DNA of 64,000 bases from the human T2T-CHM13v2.0 reference genome, Homo sapiens. A model generated the notes under the pieces. It saw only the letters and a list, made by a program, of their open reading frames with translations, searched no databases and had not been told where the DNA came from. Made by a program: the position numbers and the translations under genes. The first letter of the stretch is position 1. Each line of letters begins with the position of its first letter. The stretch lies in assembly GCF_009914755.1 (NCBI RefSeq), contig NC_060925.1; one strand, 5' to 3'. Below are positions 1-12,571 of the stretch, piece after piece.

Positions 1-556
1 GGAACGGATGTCTTACTTTTTTGATCCTGTCTCAAAGAGGTAATATAGTGTGAATTGATTTACATTGGTTTTATCCCTTCTCCAGGTTGGCATTGCTCAT
101 TTTAGTAAGACTTAAATGGCTGGTATCACCTTAAAGTTGCGTATTTCTGAAGCCTCAGATGGGTAAATGCCCAGATAGATAAAATGCAAATCAAGTCAAG
201 TTATCAATTTAGCATGAAGATAAAGCTGTTTGGATAATTGTAATAGAAATGTCTGATATTTTTCACCTTTACAAAATAAGAGAAGTAAGGGCGATTTTGT
301 CTAGTAACAGAATTACATGGAATATATTTAGAAATGAGAAAAATGTGGGAAAAAAGCACAATGTTCAGTGCATGCCACCAATTATATAATACTATCTCAA
401 ACAAATCGATGTCTGTCTGCCCTAGACTCCACTTATTTAAAATAAGAGAATGAACTTGATGTTTGGCTTCATAGAGATTCAGCACCCTGTAATAGGCCTT
501 CCATGTCTTTTAACGTATGTAATGCAAAGAACAAATAAATAAAGGCAGAAATTTTT

Positions 557-586
557 CTAACTCTGTCTCTTCTCTCTTTCCCCCAG
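557..586 (+). promoter_or_regulatory. CHRM3: 3' splice site of the CHRM3 coding exon (branch point, polypyrimidine tract, AG)
   Basis: CTAAC branch-point match at 557-561, pyrimidine tract tctgtctcttctctctttccccc, AG at 585-586. The exon begins at 587, 19 nt before the ATG. Confidence 0.9.
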
Positions 587-589
587 ACT

Positions 590-622
590 ATGTCAGAGAG
601 TCACAATGACCTTGCACAATAA
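590..622 (+). other. Out-of-frame upstream ORF ([10 protein letters not shown]) overlapping the CHRM3 start codon
   Basis: ATG at 590-592 with A at -3. It reads ATG TCA GAG AGT CAC AAT GAC CTT GCA CAA TAA and stops at 620-622, past the main ATG at 606. Whether it is translated is untested. Confidence 0.6.
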
Positions 623-2378
623 CAGTACAACCTCGCCTTTGTTTCCAAACATCAGCTCCTCCTGGATACACAGCCCCTCCGATGCAGGGCTGCCCCCGGG
701 AACCGTCACTCATTTCGGCAGCTACAATGTTTCTCGAGCAGCTGGCAATTTCTCCTCTCCAGACGGTACCACCGATGACCCTCTGGGAGGTCATACCGTC
801 TGGCAAGTGGTCTTCATCGCTTTCTTAACGGGCATCCTGGCCTTGGTGACCATCATCGGCAACATCCTGGTAATTGTGTCATTTAAGGTCAACAAGCAGC
901 TGAAGACGGTCAACAACTACTTCCTCTTAAGCCTGGCCTGTGCCGATCTGATTATCGGGGTCATTTCAATGAATCTGTTTACGACCTACATCATCATGAA
1001 TCGATGGGCCTTAGGGAACTTGGCCTGTGACCTCTGGCTTGCCATTGACTACGTAGCCAGCAATGCCTCTGTTATGAATCTTCTGGTCATCAGCTTTGAC
1101 AGATACTTTTCCATCACGAGGCCGCTCACGTACCGAGCCAAACGAACAACAAAGAGAGCCGGTGTGATGATCGGTCTGGCTTGGGTCATCTCCTTTGTCC
1201 TTTGGGCTCCTGCCATCTTGTTCTGGCAATACTTTGTTGGAAAGAGAACTGTGCCTCCGGGAGAGTGCTTCATTCAGTTCCTCAGTGAGCCCACCATTAC
1301 TTTTGGCACAGCCATCGCTGCTTTTTATATGCCTGTCACCATTATGACTATTTTATACTGGAGGATCTATAAGGAAACTGAAAAGCGTACCAAAGAGCTT
1401 GCTGGCCTGCAAGCCTCTGGGACAGAGGCAGAGACAGAAAACTTTGTCCACCCCACGGGCAGTTCTCGAAGCTGCAGCAGTTACGAACTTCAACAGCAAA
1501 GCATGAAACGCTCCAACAGGAGGAAGTATGGCCGCTGCCACTTCTGGTTCACAACCAAGAGCTGGAAACCCAGCTCCGAGCAGATGGACCAAGACCACAG
1601 CAGCAGTGACAGTTGGAACAACAATGATGCTGCTGCCTCCCTGGAGAACTCCGCCTCCTCCGACGAGGAGGACATTGGCTCCGAGACGAGAGCCATCTAC
1701 TCCATCGTGCTCAAGCTTCCGGGTCACAGCACCATCCTCAACTCCACCAAGTTACCCTCATCGGACAACCTGCAGGTGCCTGAGGAGGAGCTGGGGATGG
1801 TGGACTTGGAGAGGAAAGCCGACAAGCTGCAGGCCCAGAAGAGCGTGGACGATGGAGGCAGTTTTCCAAAAAGCTTCTCCAAGCTTCCCATCCAGCTAGA
1901 GTCAGCCGTGGACACAGCTAAGACTTCTGACGTCAACTCCTCAGTGGGTAAGAGCACGGCCACTCTACCTCTGTCCTTCAAGGAAGCCACTCTGGCCAAG
2001 AGGTTTGCTCTGAAGACCAGAAGTCAGATCACTAAGCGGAAAAGGATGTCCCTGGTCAAGGAGAAGAAAGCGGCCCAGACCCTCAGTGCGATCTTGCTTG
2101 CCTTCATCATCACTTGGACCCCATACAACATCATGGTTCTGGTGAACACCTTTTGTGACAGCTGCATACCCAAAACCTTTTGGAATCTGGGCTACTGGCT
2201 GTGCTACATCAACAGCACCGTGAACCCCGTGTGCTATGCTCTGTGCAACAAAACATTCAGAACCACTTTCAAGATGCTGCTGCTGTGCCAGTGTGACAAA
2301 AAAAAGAGGCGCAAGCAGCAGTACCAGCAGAGACAGTCGGTCATTTTTCACAAGCGCGCACCCGAGCAGGCCTTGTAG
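606..2378 (+). CDS. CHRM3: Muscarinic acetylcholine receptor M3 (class A GPCR, Gq-coupled), 590 aa, intronless CDS
   Basis: [16 protein letters not shown]-terminus with N-glycosylation sequons; seven hydrophobic segments; TM3 [12 protein letters not shown] carrying the amine-binding Asp; DRY; long acidic/Ser-rich ICL3; TWTPY; NPVCY; polybasic KKKRRK tail ending RAPEQAL. Matches human M3 as I recall it. Confidence 0.99.
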
Positions 2379-2528
2379 AATGAGGTTGTATCAATAGCAG
2401 TGACAAAACGCACACATCAACCCACAGACCTTAGGAGGAGGAAGGCGAGGGCGGGGTGACTTCTGGTGATGATAAAAATGGTTTTATCACCCAGATGTGA
2501 AAGAAGCTGCCTGTTTACTGATCCATTG

Positions 2529-2534
2529 AATAAA
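2529..2534 (+). terminator. Proximal polyadenylation signal candidate
   Basis: AATAAA 150 nt after the stop codon. A genomic A-tract follows at about 2570-2588, so internal oligo-dT priming would confound mapping. Confidence 0.45.
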
Positions 2535-3891
2535 CCCATTTTAATAGAAAAAGTCAATACCAATTCAGCAAAAAGAAAAAAAAAAAAACATACTACTGAA
2601 TATAAAGAAATTTATTCTGAAATAGACTTTACGTGTTTTTTTCTTAAAGAGGAGAAAAATATTGCTTGACGGCAATTATATACCCAAAGTGATTTGCCTG
2701 GGTCCTTTAATTCCCATTAGCTTTGGAATCTCAGATGAGCATAGCTGACCCAGTTCCCACATTCTTCCCAAGGATCCCAAAAGTGGGAATCCAGACCCCA
2801 AGTGGAACACTGCAGGCTTACGAATCTGTGGTTCCAAAATTATTTCATACGTTGCAAAGCTGAATCTTCTTGTCCCAATAGAGCTTCCTGTCTTTTCTTT
2901 GGTGTGTTGTTAAACTCTATTTGTGGACTTGATTCTTGATTCTTGCAAAGTACTGTTTTGTGCAGTTCAAGTTTCGTACAAATAAAAATACTTAAGTATA
3001 TATATATGTGTGAGTTCTGCACGCACACACATAGTGTATATAATATCATGGGAAACACTGAACTGGCAAATTATTCCTGCAACATACGCTTTCAGTACTT
3101 TGGTAACTGAAGTTCTCTAGGATCCTAATGCAACATTAACGTGAAATAAGCCCAGTGTAATGTTTTTGAAACCAGGGCTGTTTTCCACAGAGAGCAGCCA
3201 GGCCTTCCCAGCAGGTCTGTGCAGAGCGGACAGGCTCGTGAGTCAGCTGAGCGCCGTGGCTTCGCCAGACTTGGTGTTAAGCAACCTCCTTTGTTGATGT
3301 CTCAACAGAGCTAAATCGGGGCCCCTCTGAGCTCAAAGAATGAACCACATCCACACGTTTGAATTTAATCATCTAAATCTGAATGTTTCAGAACAAAATT
3401 TCTGCTATCTAAACTGCTTGAAACTCAATAATAGTGTCACGTTTGAATGTCATACACAGCAATATATATATATGTGTATATATATATATATGGCAAAGCA
3501 AAAAAAAAAACATGGTAAGAGAGAATGAAGGAGAACATTGTGTTTGATTCTTGCTGAATGGCACCTTCTCAAAGAAAATAGGGCTTGCACCTTTGTTAAT
3601 CAGCTGTGGCCAGTGCTTTCTGGTGTTCATTGTGTAACCTTCACCCAGGAATAGGTGAGGTTTTAGGAAGTTACATGTCCTCTGAAGAAAGAATTACACT
3701 CTGAAAAGTAATGCTTCAAATTGATTTCCTTACCTTTTGGGAAAAAAAAAAAATTGTTTTTTTGCATTCTCCCTTGAATTGACCAAAATGTTAACTGTTT
3801 CATTTGGGGAGGGGATGGGGTGCTGCCATCATTGTCGTTGTTGTTGCTGCTGTAGCTGTTGGGGTTTCTTTTCCTGTTGCCGGGGCTGTTT

Positions 3892-3921
3892 GGGGAGAGG
3901 GAGGGGAGGGAGGTGGGAGGG
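3892..3921 (+). other. G-quadruplex-forming motif in the 3'UTR
   Basis: GGGG-AGA-GGG-A-GGGG-A-GGG-AGGT-GGG-A-GGG on the sense strand. A second G-tract cluster lies at 3806-3820. Confidence 0.6.
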
Positions 3922-5281
3922 CCGCGGAGATATCTTCCCTTTGTACAGGGCATTCGTGTTGTGAACCCAGAGCTGGGTAGAAGCTGCTTTTGTATTCAGT
4001 GTGAGGTGGTGTTTACAGACGACTTTGACAACAGTAGAAGTGTACTCAGTGGTGTCTGTGTATCTGAACTATTTAATTTCGTGTTATGTTTATATGCAGA
4101 AATATTTATGGATACTACACCAAGTGTTTATTTAATGTTGATAAATATGACTCTTCAGTCGTCAGCCATGGTGTCCTTTCAAAGTGATTCTTTAAGGTCC
4201 ACTTGAGCAATGAATAGAGTATATTGGAGCTTTCCTGTGGCTAAGAAGAAGAAACATGTCATCCTGTTGGCATCACCAAGCACCTAACTCTTTCTAGGTA
4301 ATAAAAAGTCAACGGTCACTTCAACGTAAATGTTTAAAACCACTCTTTAGTTAAATCTGATGGGAACTGAACAAAGCTCCACCATTGTGTCTGAAATCAT
4401 TTTACACAGGGAAAAAAAAAAACAATCAGCATAATTGTAAGAATGATTTTTTTGGGCCCACATTCAACCAAAGAACAAGAAAGAAACAGACGATTTTCTA
4501 ATATGTACACAGCAAACTACAGAATGTCATATTATCCACCTGTGAAACATCTAGTAAGCAATTGCATCTATATTTTATTTCTCAAGTTGGCCTGGCACTA
4601 ATAAATATGTGAAAGCTTATTCAAGTGTCCCAGTACTTCAGCACTTCCCATCCTTTTGGAAACTCCTATCTTGCCTCCCTCCCAAAAGGGCTGTTTCTTT
4701 TATTAAAAAAAAAAAAGAAATAGAATTAAATTTGAGAAAAGGAGAAACCCTGAAATTTAACAGAACTTTGAGAGTCACTTCCAATCTCCTTAAACATGAT
4801 TATCTCCTTATCCTTGTCCTTTTGTGATGCTAATAATAGCAGAAAAGGAACAAATCCAAGACTCTAGGTCTCCCTTTTTTGTTTTACTGGTTTTATTATA
4901 GAATTGTTTTTAAGCCTCTTATGGATGAAAGCTGCATTTAAATACTATCTACTGATTTTATAGAAAGGTATGTCCATTTCTTGGGTCACTTTCAGAGAAA
5001 GAAAACAAGCAAAATAGGTTCTTTTGAATATGAATAATTTAAAAGCATAATTGAAGATGTAGTGAGTATTTATAATTGGACCTTAGTTACACGTGCATTT
5101 CTCAAAGGGCTTGTCATTACAGGAGATATTCAGCACTTACCTAAGATCAAAATGTCTTCATCCCAAATTGGGAATCGAATTATTTCATGCCATATGCATG
5201 AGGTTTGCAGACATTTCAAGATTAGCCACTTTGCTTGAAAGAAGAAAATGATCAAACCTAAAATAAACTACACATGGAGAA

Positions 5282-5363
5282 TCTCTCTCTCTCTCTCTGC
5301 CTCTCTCTCTCTCTTTCTCCCTCTTCTTCCTTCTCTCTCTCTCACAAGCACACACACACACAC
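5282..5363. repeat. (TC)n/(CA)n compound microsatellite
   Basis: Directly visible. Confidence 0.9.
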
Positions 5364-5979
5364 TCAATCTCCATTCTCCAGGCATTGCCAGATGGTTAGG
5401 AGAAGTGAGCTCTCTCTGGTCCCCTAGATCCCTCGGCTCTGCTCTCCTTTGCCCATCAGCTCCCTGTGGCCTCTATGCTAGTCCTCCCTATTCTCCTAGT
5501 CACCCTTTGCCTCTTAAGCCCAGCCTTGACTCTCTACATATTTTTCATTTCTCTTTACCCTTTAGTGTACAATAGTTGTAGACTCTGACGGAATGAAAAC
5601 AAACAAGAAGCCTAAGCGTTAGACCCTGCTGTGGCTAAAGATCTAGAAGGCATATCAGTTTTCTCTGTCAGGCTTCCTACGTTGCCCTCGTGCAGGGCTC
5701 ATTGCTCTGCAGAGCGCTGGAAGCCCCTTCATGTATCGAGAGAGAAGCTGGAGCACAGAGCTCTGATGCACAGTTGGCTGTTTCAGCTCTGACTCAGGGA
5801 GGAAAGAAGGATGCCAAGGCTCTGTCACAGCGGAGAAGTCTAATACCAGAGTGGCACAGAGAAGGATTCCAGGGATCAGTCAGGGTGTCCTGTACCTATC
5901 TGAGTAGAGATGATTCAAGGATGGGGACATATTCCAGGAAATTGCACAATCTTCCCCTGGCAGCTTCAGAGGACGAGTG

Positions 5980-6125
5980 AAAATAGTGCAGTATAGTCAA
6001 AGAAGCAATGAATTTAGGATGAGGAACCTGAAGTTTCTGGACCAGTTTGGTCACTGCTTAGTTACATGTCCTTAGGAATGCTTGTCACTTAACCTAAACT
6101 TTCTGGGTTTTATCCTCATTGCTCA
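5980..6125 (+). mobile_element. MIR remnant
   Basis: Degenerate MIR core (tcactgcttagttacatgtccttagg...tcacttaacc...ctcatt). Confidence 0.5.
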
Positions 6126-7414
6126 AACTAAGCAACAACACCGAAGCTTCTCTAATTTGCCTTCTGATGCCAAATCGGTCAAAACTGAGGTCAGCAGCTA
6201 CCATGACGAAAGTAAAATGGTATATTGGGTGAATGTTTGAAAATTTCAGATTTTATATTCTGTAAAGTTATTTACTTACTCTATTTCAACACCACAAAAT
6301 CTTGAAATTTGGAAGGTAACCAAGGAAGCTTTGAAATTTGTTGGCAAACCCGGAGTAGTATGGTTTCAAATACCACTCCAACCCAGCACCTGAGGTCGGG
6401 CAAACTCACAAAATAGAGTTTCTAGGTAGCAGGTGTTTGCTTTGGTTTTGCAATAGCATTTCTCATAACAGAACTGAAACTGTATAGATTACAACACTCC
6501 AAAGTTATTTTTTTTTAACCTAAAGAACCCTACTTCTAGCACCTCCTCTGAAAGAATATTTTGCTCCAATACCACGTGCAACAAACTTATTTAGACAGTA
6601 TCAACTCTAGCCCTTAATAGGTTCAAGGACAAGTTTACTGCTTCCTTTCTACACGCTTAAGTTACACTCTCTTCTCCTGTTCTGATGACTCTAAATCTTC
6701 AGCCTCTCCCAGCATTAATGTGTGAGTCAACATTGCAGACCTGAGAAAGGTTTCTAGAATGGTAACCCAATGTTCTTTAGAACTGGAGAATTCCATTTTC
6801 CTTTTCTGGCTTTAGTGTTAATGTCTGGGAAGGGAGGCTCATGATAAGAAAATAAAAATGAGAAAAGAAGATCTAGTTCATAAAATGACTATACCCCACG
6901 TAAGTTTGTAACTGCACAGTGTTTTGTTGTACGGCTCAGAAATGAGCAAGTGTTAGTATTATTAGGCACACATCACGTTCACAGCTTCGCGCAGAGACGG
7001 ATAGTGTATTTGGATATATGGAAGTCATCCAAATGCGTTGCTAGAATATCAGGCCTATGTTTGTTCTGGTAGAACCACAGAGACTCACACAAAGTTCTGA
7101 CCCTACCACTCTGGTCTGGGCTGAGACCACCCCAAAAAATCATCTAGAGAATCAAAGGGGCTCACATCTCAGTTGCATTCTATTTAAAAGATAAAGGGGC
7201 CATACTCTCCACTGCAAAGAAGCATTAGTAAAACTTCCCGCACCCAAATTATAATCCGGCAACCCTAGCTTCAGCTAAAAAGATTATCCCCAGAATCTAA
7301 AAGCTTACTATTGTTCTTTCTTGGAGTCCAAAATGCTTAGCAGTTCTGCAGTTCACATACAAAACTCAAAACTCTTTTTATCCTGTATTCTGTGAGTTCC
7401 TTGATGATAGTAAT

Positions 7415-7490
7415 TGGGTCTTATTCATCACTCTGTATCCTGTGGCTCACACAGAATCTGGCAAATTGCATATATTCAATAAATGTTGAA
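7415..7490 (+). mobile_element. L2 3' end remnant
   Basis: ctgtatcc...cacagaatctggca...ttcaataaatgttgaa, a typical L2 tail. Confidence 0.55.
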
Positions 7491-8585
7491 TATCTAATAA
7501 CCTCCTTATTAATATAACAAATATTATCAACATTCTGTGCACATCAATGTCCCATGCTGCTACTGTAGTCAGGAGTTATTTGGCTGGGAAGTGGAAAGTG
7601 TTCACAAACATGATGCTTATCTAATAAAATATCACTGAGCAATAAGGAGAAATATTTTAAATAGATTTGAAGTTGTGAACAAATAATTTAGAGTCCAAAG
7701 AGGAAAAAGAAAATTAACTCTGTTTTTTATCCCTAGAACTCAGAAACTTTACTGGATTGGTCAACAAAGACAAACTTTTTATTGTATAAAACAGTAGAAT
7801 TCATGGAAGGGATAATTCTTTTGGAACAGGCTTCTCGGTTACTTGCCTTAGTAAAAGAAGTATCTGGAGGGCCTGGAGAGTTCATAAACATAGTTTTCTG
7901 TGCAAGTGAAGATCTGTAGTTTGGCTTAAAAATCCTTGCATGTAGTTTTGCTTGGCGTGGAAAGTTATTAGGAGACAATCCTTTATCCTGTTCTGCAAGC
8001 AATCAAACACATGATCTCCCTTCTAGCCATTCCTCATCCAGTACATGGGCATTTCCAGCCTCCTACATGTAACACTTCAAACTTCCTCTGGGCGTCTGCT
8101 TAGAGCTATGTGATGGCCACAGTTTGGGCAAAGCCCTTCTTTCTTTTAAATATAGGAACTGTTACCAAGTTTGGTGCAGGCTTGAGGAATAATTACATAA
8201 AAATGGGCTTCCACGATGGTGAATCAGCATGCTGATTTCTCTTGGCAGGAAGCTCTCAGGGAAATGTCTGTGAATCATTTAAAGATGCTCTCTGGTGGAT
8301 AGAGAAACCGCAGTCCAAAAACAGATGGGTGTATATTTGCTTTGTAAGCAAAGGGCATGTATCATACTCGCATCTAAAACAGTGTCCACATCTTTGCCAA
8401 AGGCACTGAATTTTACCTTTTTTTATTACCTCGTGGCCAGCACTTCCTCAGTAGGCATTTCAGGTGTGTCACAAACCATGTTCATTTTTAATCTTGAAAA
8501 AGTCAATCGTCTGTAGTCTGTACTATAAAATGATGCCTGCAACTTTGTGGTGAATATTATCCCCAAGTTAACAGTGAAATAAGTA

Positions 8586-8630
8586 AATAAAACTATTATT
8601 GAACAAAGAGTGTGGTTTGCTTTTATTTAA
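8586..8630 (+). terminator. Distal polyadenylation signal with GU-rich downstream element
   Basis: AATAAA at 8586-8591, upstream TGTA motifs (about 8512-8523), CA at about 8604, then gagtgtggtttgcttttattt. Confidence 0.75.
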
Positions 8631-9202
8631 CCCAGGGCCTATAATACAGCCACAGCTTTTTATTGTATAAAAGGGTAGAATTCATTGAAAGGATAATGCT
8701 GAACAGACTGCTGTTTGCCTTGTCTTCCCTTTCTTTTTCACATGCAAAAGAACTTTCTTTAACAACTATCATCATACCATCATAATCCAAATACTTCCTG
8801 AGTATATACAGGTGTAAACTATAGCTACGCATATAGTCCTTACTCCAAAAGTGCATGTGAAGAAAAATATTTGTCTGTAGACACATAACATGGAAGGGAA
8901 ATTTTCTCTTTTGTAAGGAATGCTTACCTTTTTTTCTTTTCAGGTGTATTTTTGTTTCTTTTAGACTCCACAGAAAATATTTTCCCACTGGAAAAAAGAA
9001 AAACAAGCTTCATATTTTATTACACTGACTTTAAAATTGCTGGAAGTGAAGGTACAAAGAAGTTACTCTGGGCGAGAAATGACATTTTTTTGAATGGCAT
9101 GCCTGGTCACTTCATGATTCTTTTACTGCTTCTTAAGCTGACCCATAGAAACCAACCATTGCCTCTTTGGTCTTTAGTGCAAGAAAGAACAAGGAGGAAT
9201 GT

Positions 9203-9266
9203 GAGAGAGAGAGAGAGAGAGAGAGCTAGCTATAAATACAGCTACATATGGAGAGAGAGAGAGAGA
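9203..9266. repeat. Two (GA)n tracts
   Basis: Directly visible. Confidence 0.85.
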
Positions 9267-12249
9267 TAGTATATACACATATATATATTTTTTTCTCTCC
9301 CTCACAACTTTTTCTGCCAGTCATTACATCTTCATGTCTTCATCCTCAGTTTACAATTTGAACCTGTGCTCACTGAAACATTGGGCATCCCCTCTCCGTC
9401 TCTGTTTTGCTATTTCATGCTATTACACTTACCATTTAGGTCAATGTAGGTGGCCAGAAAAGGAACTGCTTTTCTCACTACTCTATCATAGTAGACATTT
9501 TTACATAAAACTCATATGAGATTTAAGAAGAAAAGTTTTCTATTGTGTTAAAGTCTTCCTTAATTTGCTGCACACATTTATGCAATATGAAATCTTGACT
9601 ACGGAAAGAAACATTGGCTAAAATTATGGAAGATTCATAAACCATAAGAATATGTCAATGTTGGAAATACCCACTAAGTATGAGTTGACTTTTAACTGAA
9701 AAGTACTTTGTTGGGAGTTGATAGATAGCTTTTGGGGGAGCTTTGCCGCTTCCTTATCCAAATGGTTACATGGAGAAGAAATTTTACAAAATACGACCAA
9801 TAAATTGATTTAAATATTTTCTGCAATTATTATTTTATTTGAACTGAGATATTTCACCCTTGAAATAAATGTTTCTGTCACAGGAGTCAGATATATTTTT
9901 TAACTATCCAGCATCTTTTTAAAAGCATTAAAAATTAACTTAACTTAAGCAATAAGCATAAATGATCTTTCGTTGAAATTGAATCTCACCTAAAAAGACT
10001 TGGAAGAGTATAGAGAGAGAGAACTTTTTTGAAAAGACGACCTGTGGTCCAGTGCACTTACAGAGTCATGAAGAGGATGCAGCCAGCTACGGCTTGGAAG
10101 TGGAAGTTCCTTGGTCTAATCATGGTCATTCTTGGCCTTTTTTGCCTACCACCCCTTCACTTTAATTCTTGCTTCTGTTTCTTGGAGATGCCATGTGCAT
10201 ATTTTAGTGGAACTTGTCATTCTCCATGAGAATTAAACAACAGCACACAGGTTATGAAAAGGCAGAAGGATCCTTCATAGGAACAGTCTGTAAAAGATTG
10301 GTTTTCATTTCAGTTATATGGAGGATAATGATGAGAATCACGTTGGAATGAGAGCCTTGAATTACAGAGACGCTCGCTGTCTTTAGCAGTGTTTCTGAAG
10401 AGAGTATTTTAGCCGTGGTTTATAAGAGTAGAATTACTAACTCAATCTTGCAACAAAAGGGAAAGAGAGTTGTCGAAGGCAAGGCTGCCAGTGAGAGATG
10501 TTCCTGACATTTCAACTCACATCTCCAACCCCCAAGTTTTTATTCTGCCTATTTTGACACCAATCATTTGCCAATTCGCTATTGGGAAATATCTGAGAAA
10601 TCAGAAATCTCTGCAGGAGGAAAAAACTGCCTTCAGACCCCAGGAAAAATAATCCAGGTGCTTTCATCGGGCTGGATATTTTTATTAGGACCCAGAGGGT
10701 GTCTTGTGATTCCCATATGCTGAGCATGCAAACCTCAGTAGACCAAAGATGAGTAAGATGCACCTGAAGACCACACGTGAGCTCTGAACCCCTGGTAACA
10801 CCCAAAACATGATGGGCTCATCAGCATGTAAGCAAAGATTGACCCCAAAAAATGATGCTTGCATCAGTTTTTAAAACCTTTTGATCGCTACCTTAGTGTT
10901 CCTTTGTAATTCTTTAAAAAAAAAAAAGATTGCATCATGCTTCTCTTTATAGAGTTTCTCTTCGTTCTAGACAGTGCAGTGGGCTAGGATATTTACATGA
11001 AAATCCACTATTAATGTTCTGGATTCACTCAGTGACATGTCTGTCATCATAATATCCTGTCTATAATGCATGCATCTATCAGACTTTTTCCCTAATTCAT
11101 ATTACCAATTGTTCTTTCCCATTAAAAAATGGGACTTCGATTTTTCAGAAGTCCTTTATTTTTCTTTTTAAGGGAAACTATTTTTAATATCCATGTAGGC
11201 TGTGTATCTATTTGGCTTAATCTCAGCCAATGTTTTTGTCATGACACTTACTAAACGCTCCTTATCTTAACTAACTTACCTTTCTGAATCAAACCATTCT
11301 CCTTCAAGCAATTAATTCATAGAGATGACAAATTTGTGATTTGTCTTCTGATACAAACAGCCACTTAGAAGCTACAAATCAGGTAGAAAGTGGAATGTGG
11401 TATATTCATATCAGAGGGATGATTCTTTGACATTTAGTTTGATAGGGCAAATGGAATTTTGATAATATTCTAGCTTATTAAATTTTTGACCCACTGATAA
11501 AAACAGATCTCTAAGTGTGACAACTCCCCTATTCTGTCTTCCACAAAACAAAGTGCCTTTAAAAACCTGTCTGCTATAACCAGTTCCACCTGCAGGATGG
11601 ATACTGTTAGAAGTTATTGACTACACTATTGTGCTGCCTGGGTTAGCTTGAAATGGAAACAATCAACAGCGGTTCAGACCAAAATGTAGAAGAACAAAAC
11701 TAACAAAGACAACAAATGAAAACCAATACTAACCACCGTCTGCAGTGAGTTCCTTCAGCTGTGACTTTTCAGGGAAGGACCTCCTCTGAAGTTAACTTCA
11801 GAACAATATAAAAAGGCCAATCCTTTGCCAGTGGGCCAGAAGTAAATATTTTCCCAGATACTATTGTGTAAAATCATTCCCACACTTGCTGTGGAACCAG
11901 TGCCATTATCTTTAGGTGTTGGAAGTAGAGGAAGTCGTTGTGGGGCCTCAGGAAATGATACGATAAAAGATGGCTCCCTGCACACCTCCCTCCTTACTCC
12001 ACCAATCCACGCCCCCACCAGCTTCCAGTTCAGACCTGCTAGGGCAGAACTATCACAGAAACCCAGATAGAAAACTTGCCAGAATTCTACTCCCTTTTTG
12101 ATTGTAAGAGAAACAAACAGTACACGTCTAATACAAACTTTCCTTGCCAAGATGGGAAAACTGAGTTAATAGTCCAGGCTTTCTCTCTGCTCATTTCAAC
12201 CTGTGCACAGTACCCCAACTCCCTAACGTGTCCCTTAACCCAGAATTAA

Positions 12250-12571
<322 letters not shown>

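Larger units (their letters stand above)
2379..8608 (+). other. CHRM3: Long CHRM3 3'UTR (about 6.2 kb, distal isoform)
   Basis: Almost free of young repeats, AU-rich, with several AATAAA hexamers. It ends at a well-formed distal poly(A) site; the exact end is inferred. Confidence 0.7.

Noticed and set aside
1047-1325. Possibility that this is the engineered hM3Dq DREADD
   Set aside because: TM3 reads DYV and TM5 reads TAIAAF (wild type), and the CDS has native intron and UTR flanks.
2298-2305. A8 run in the CDS
   Set aside because: It encodes the normal polybasic tail and the frame is intact; only a theoretical slippage site.
588-2351. Antisense and alternate-frame ORFs overlapping CHRM3
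   Set aside because: Shadow ORFs of a GC-rich coding sequence; no recognisable domains.
8222-8237. Perfect 16-bp palindrome aatcagcatgctgatt
   Set aside because: About one such palindrome is expected by chance in 64 kb (64000/4^8).
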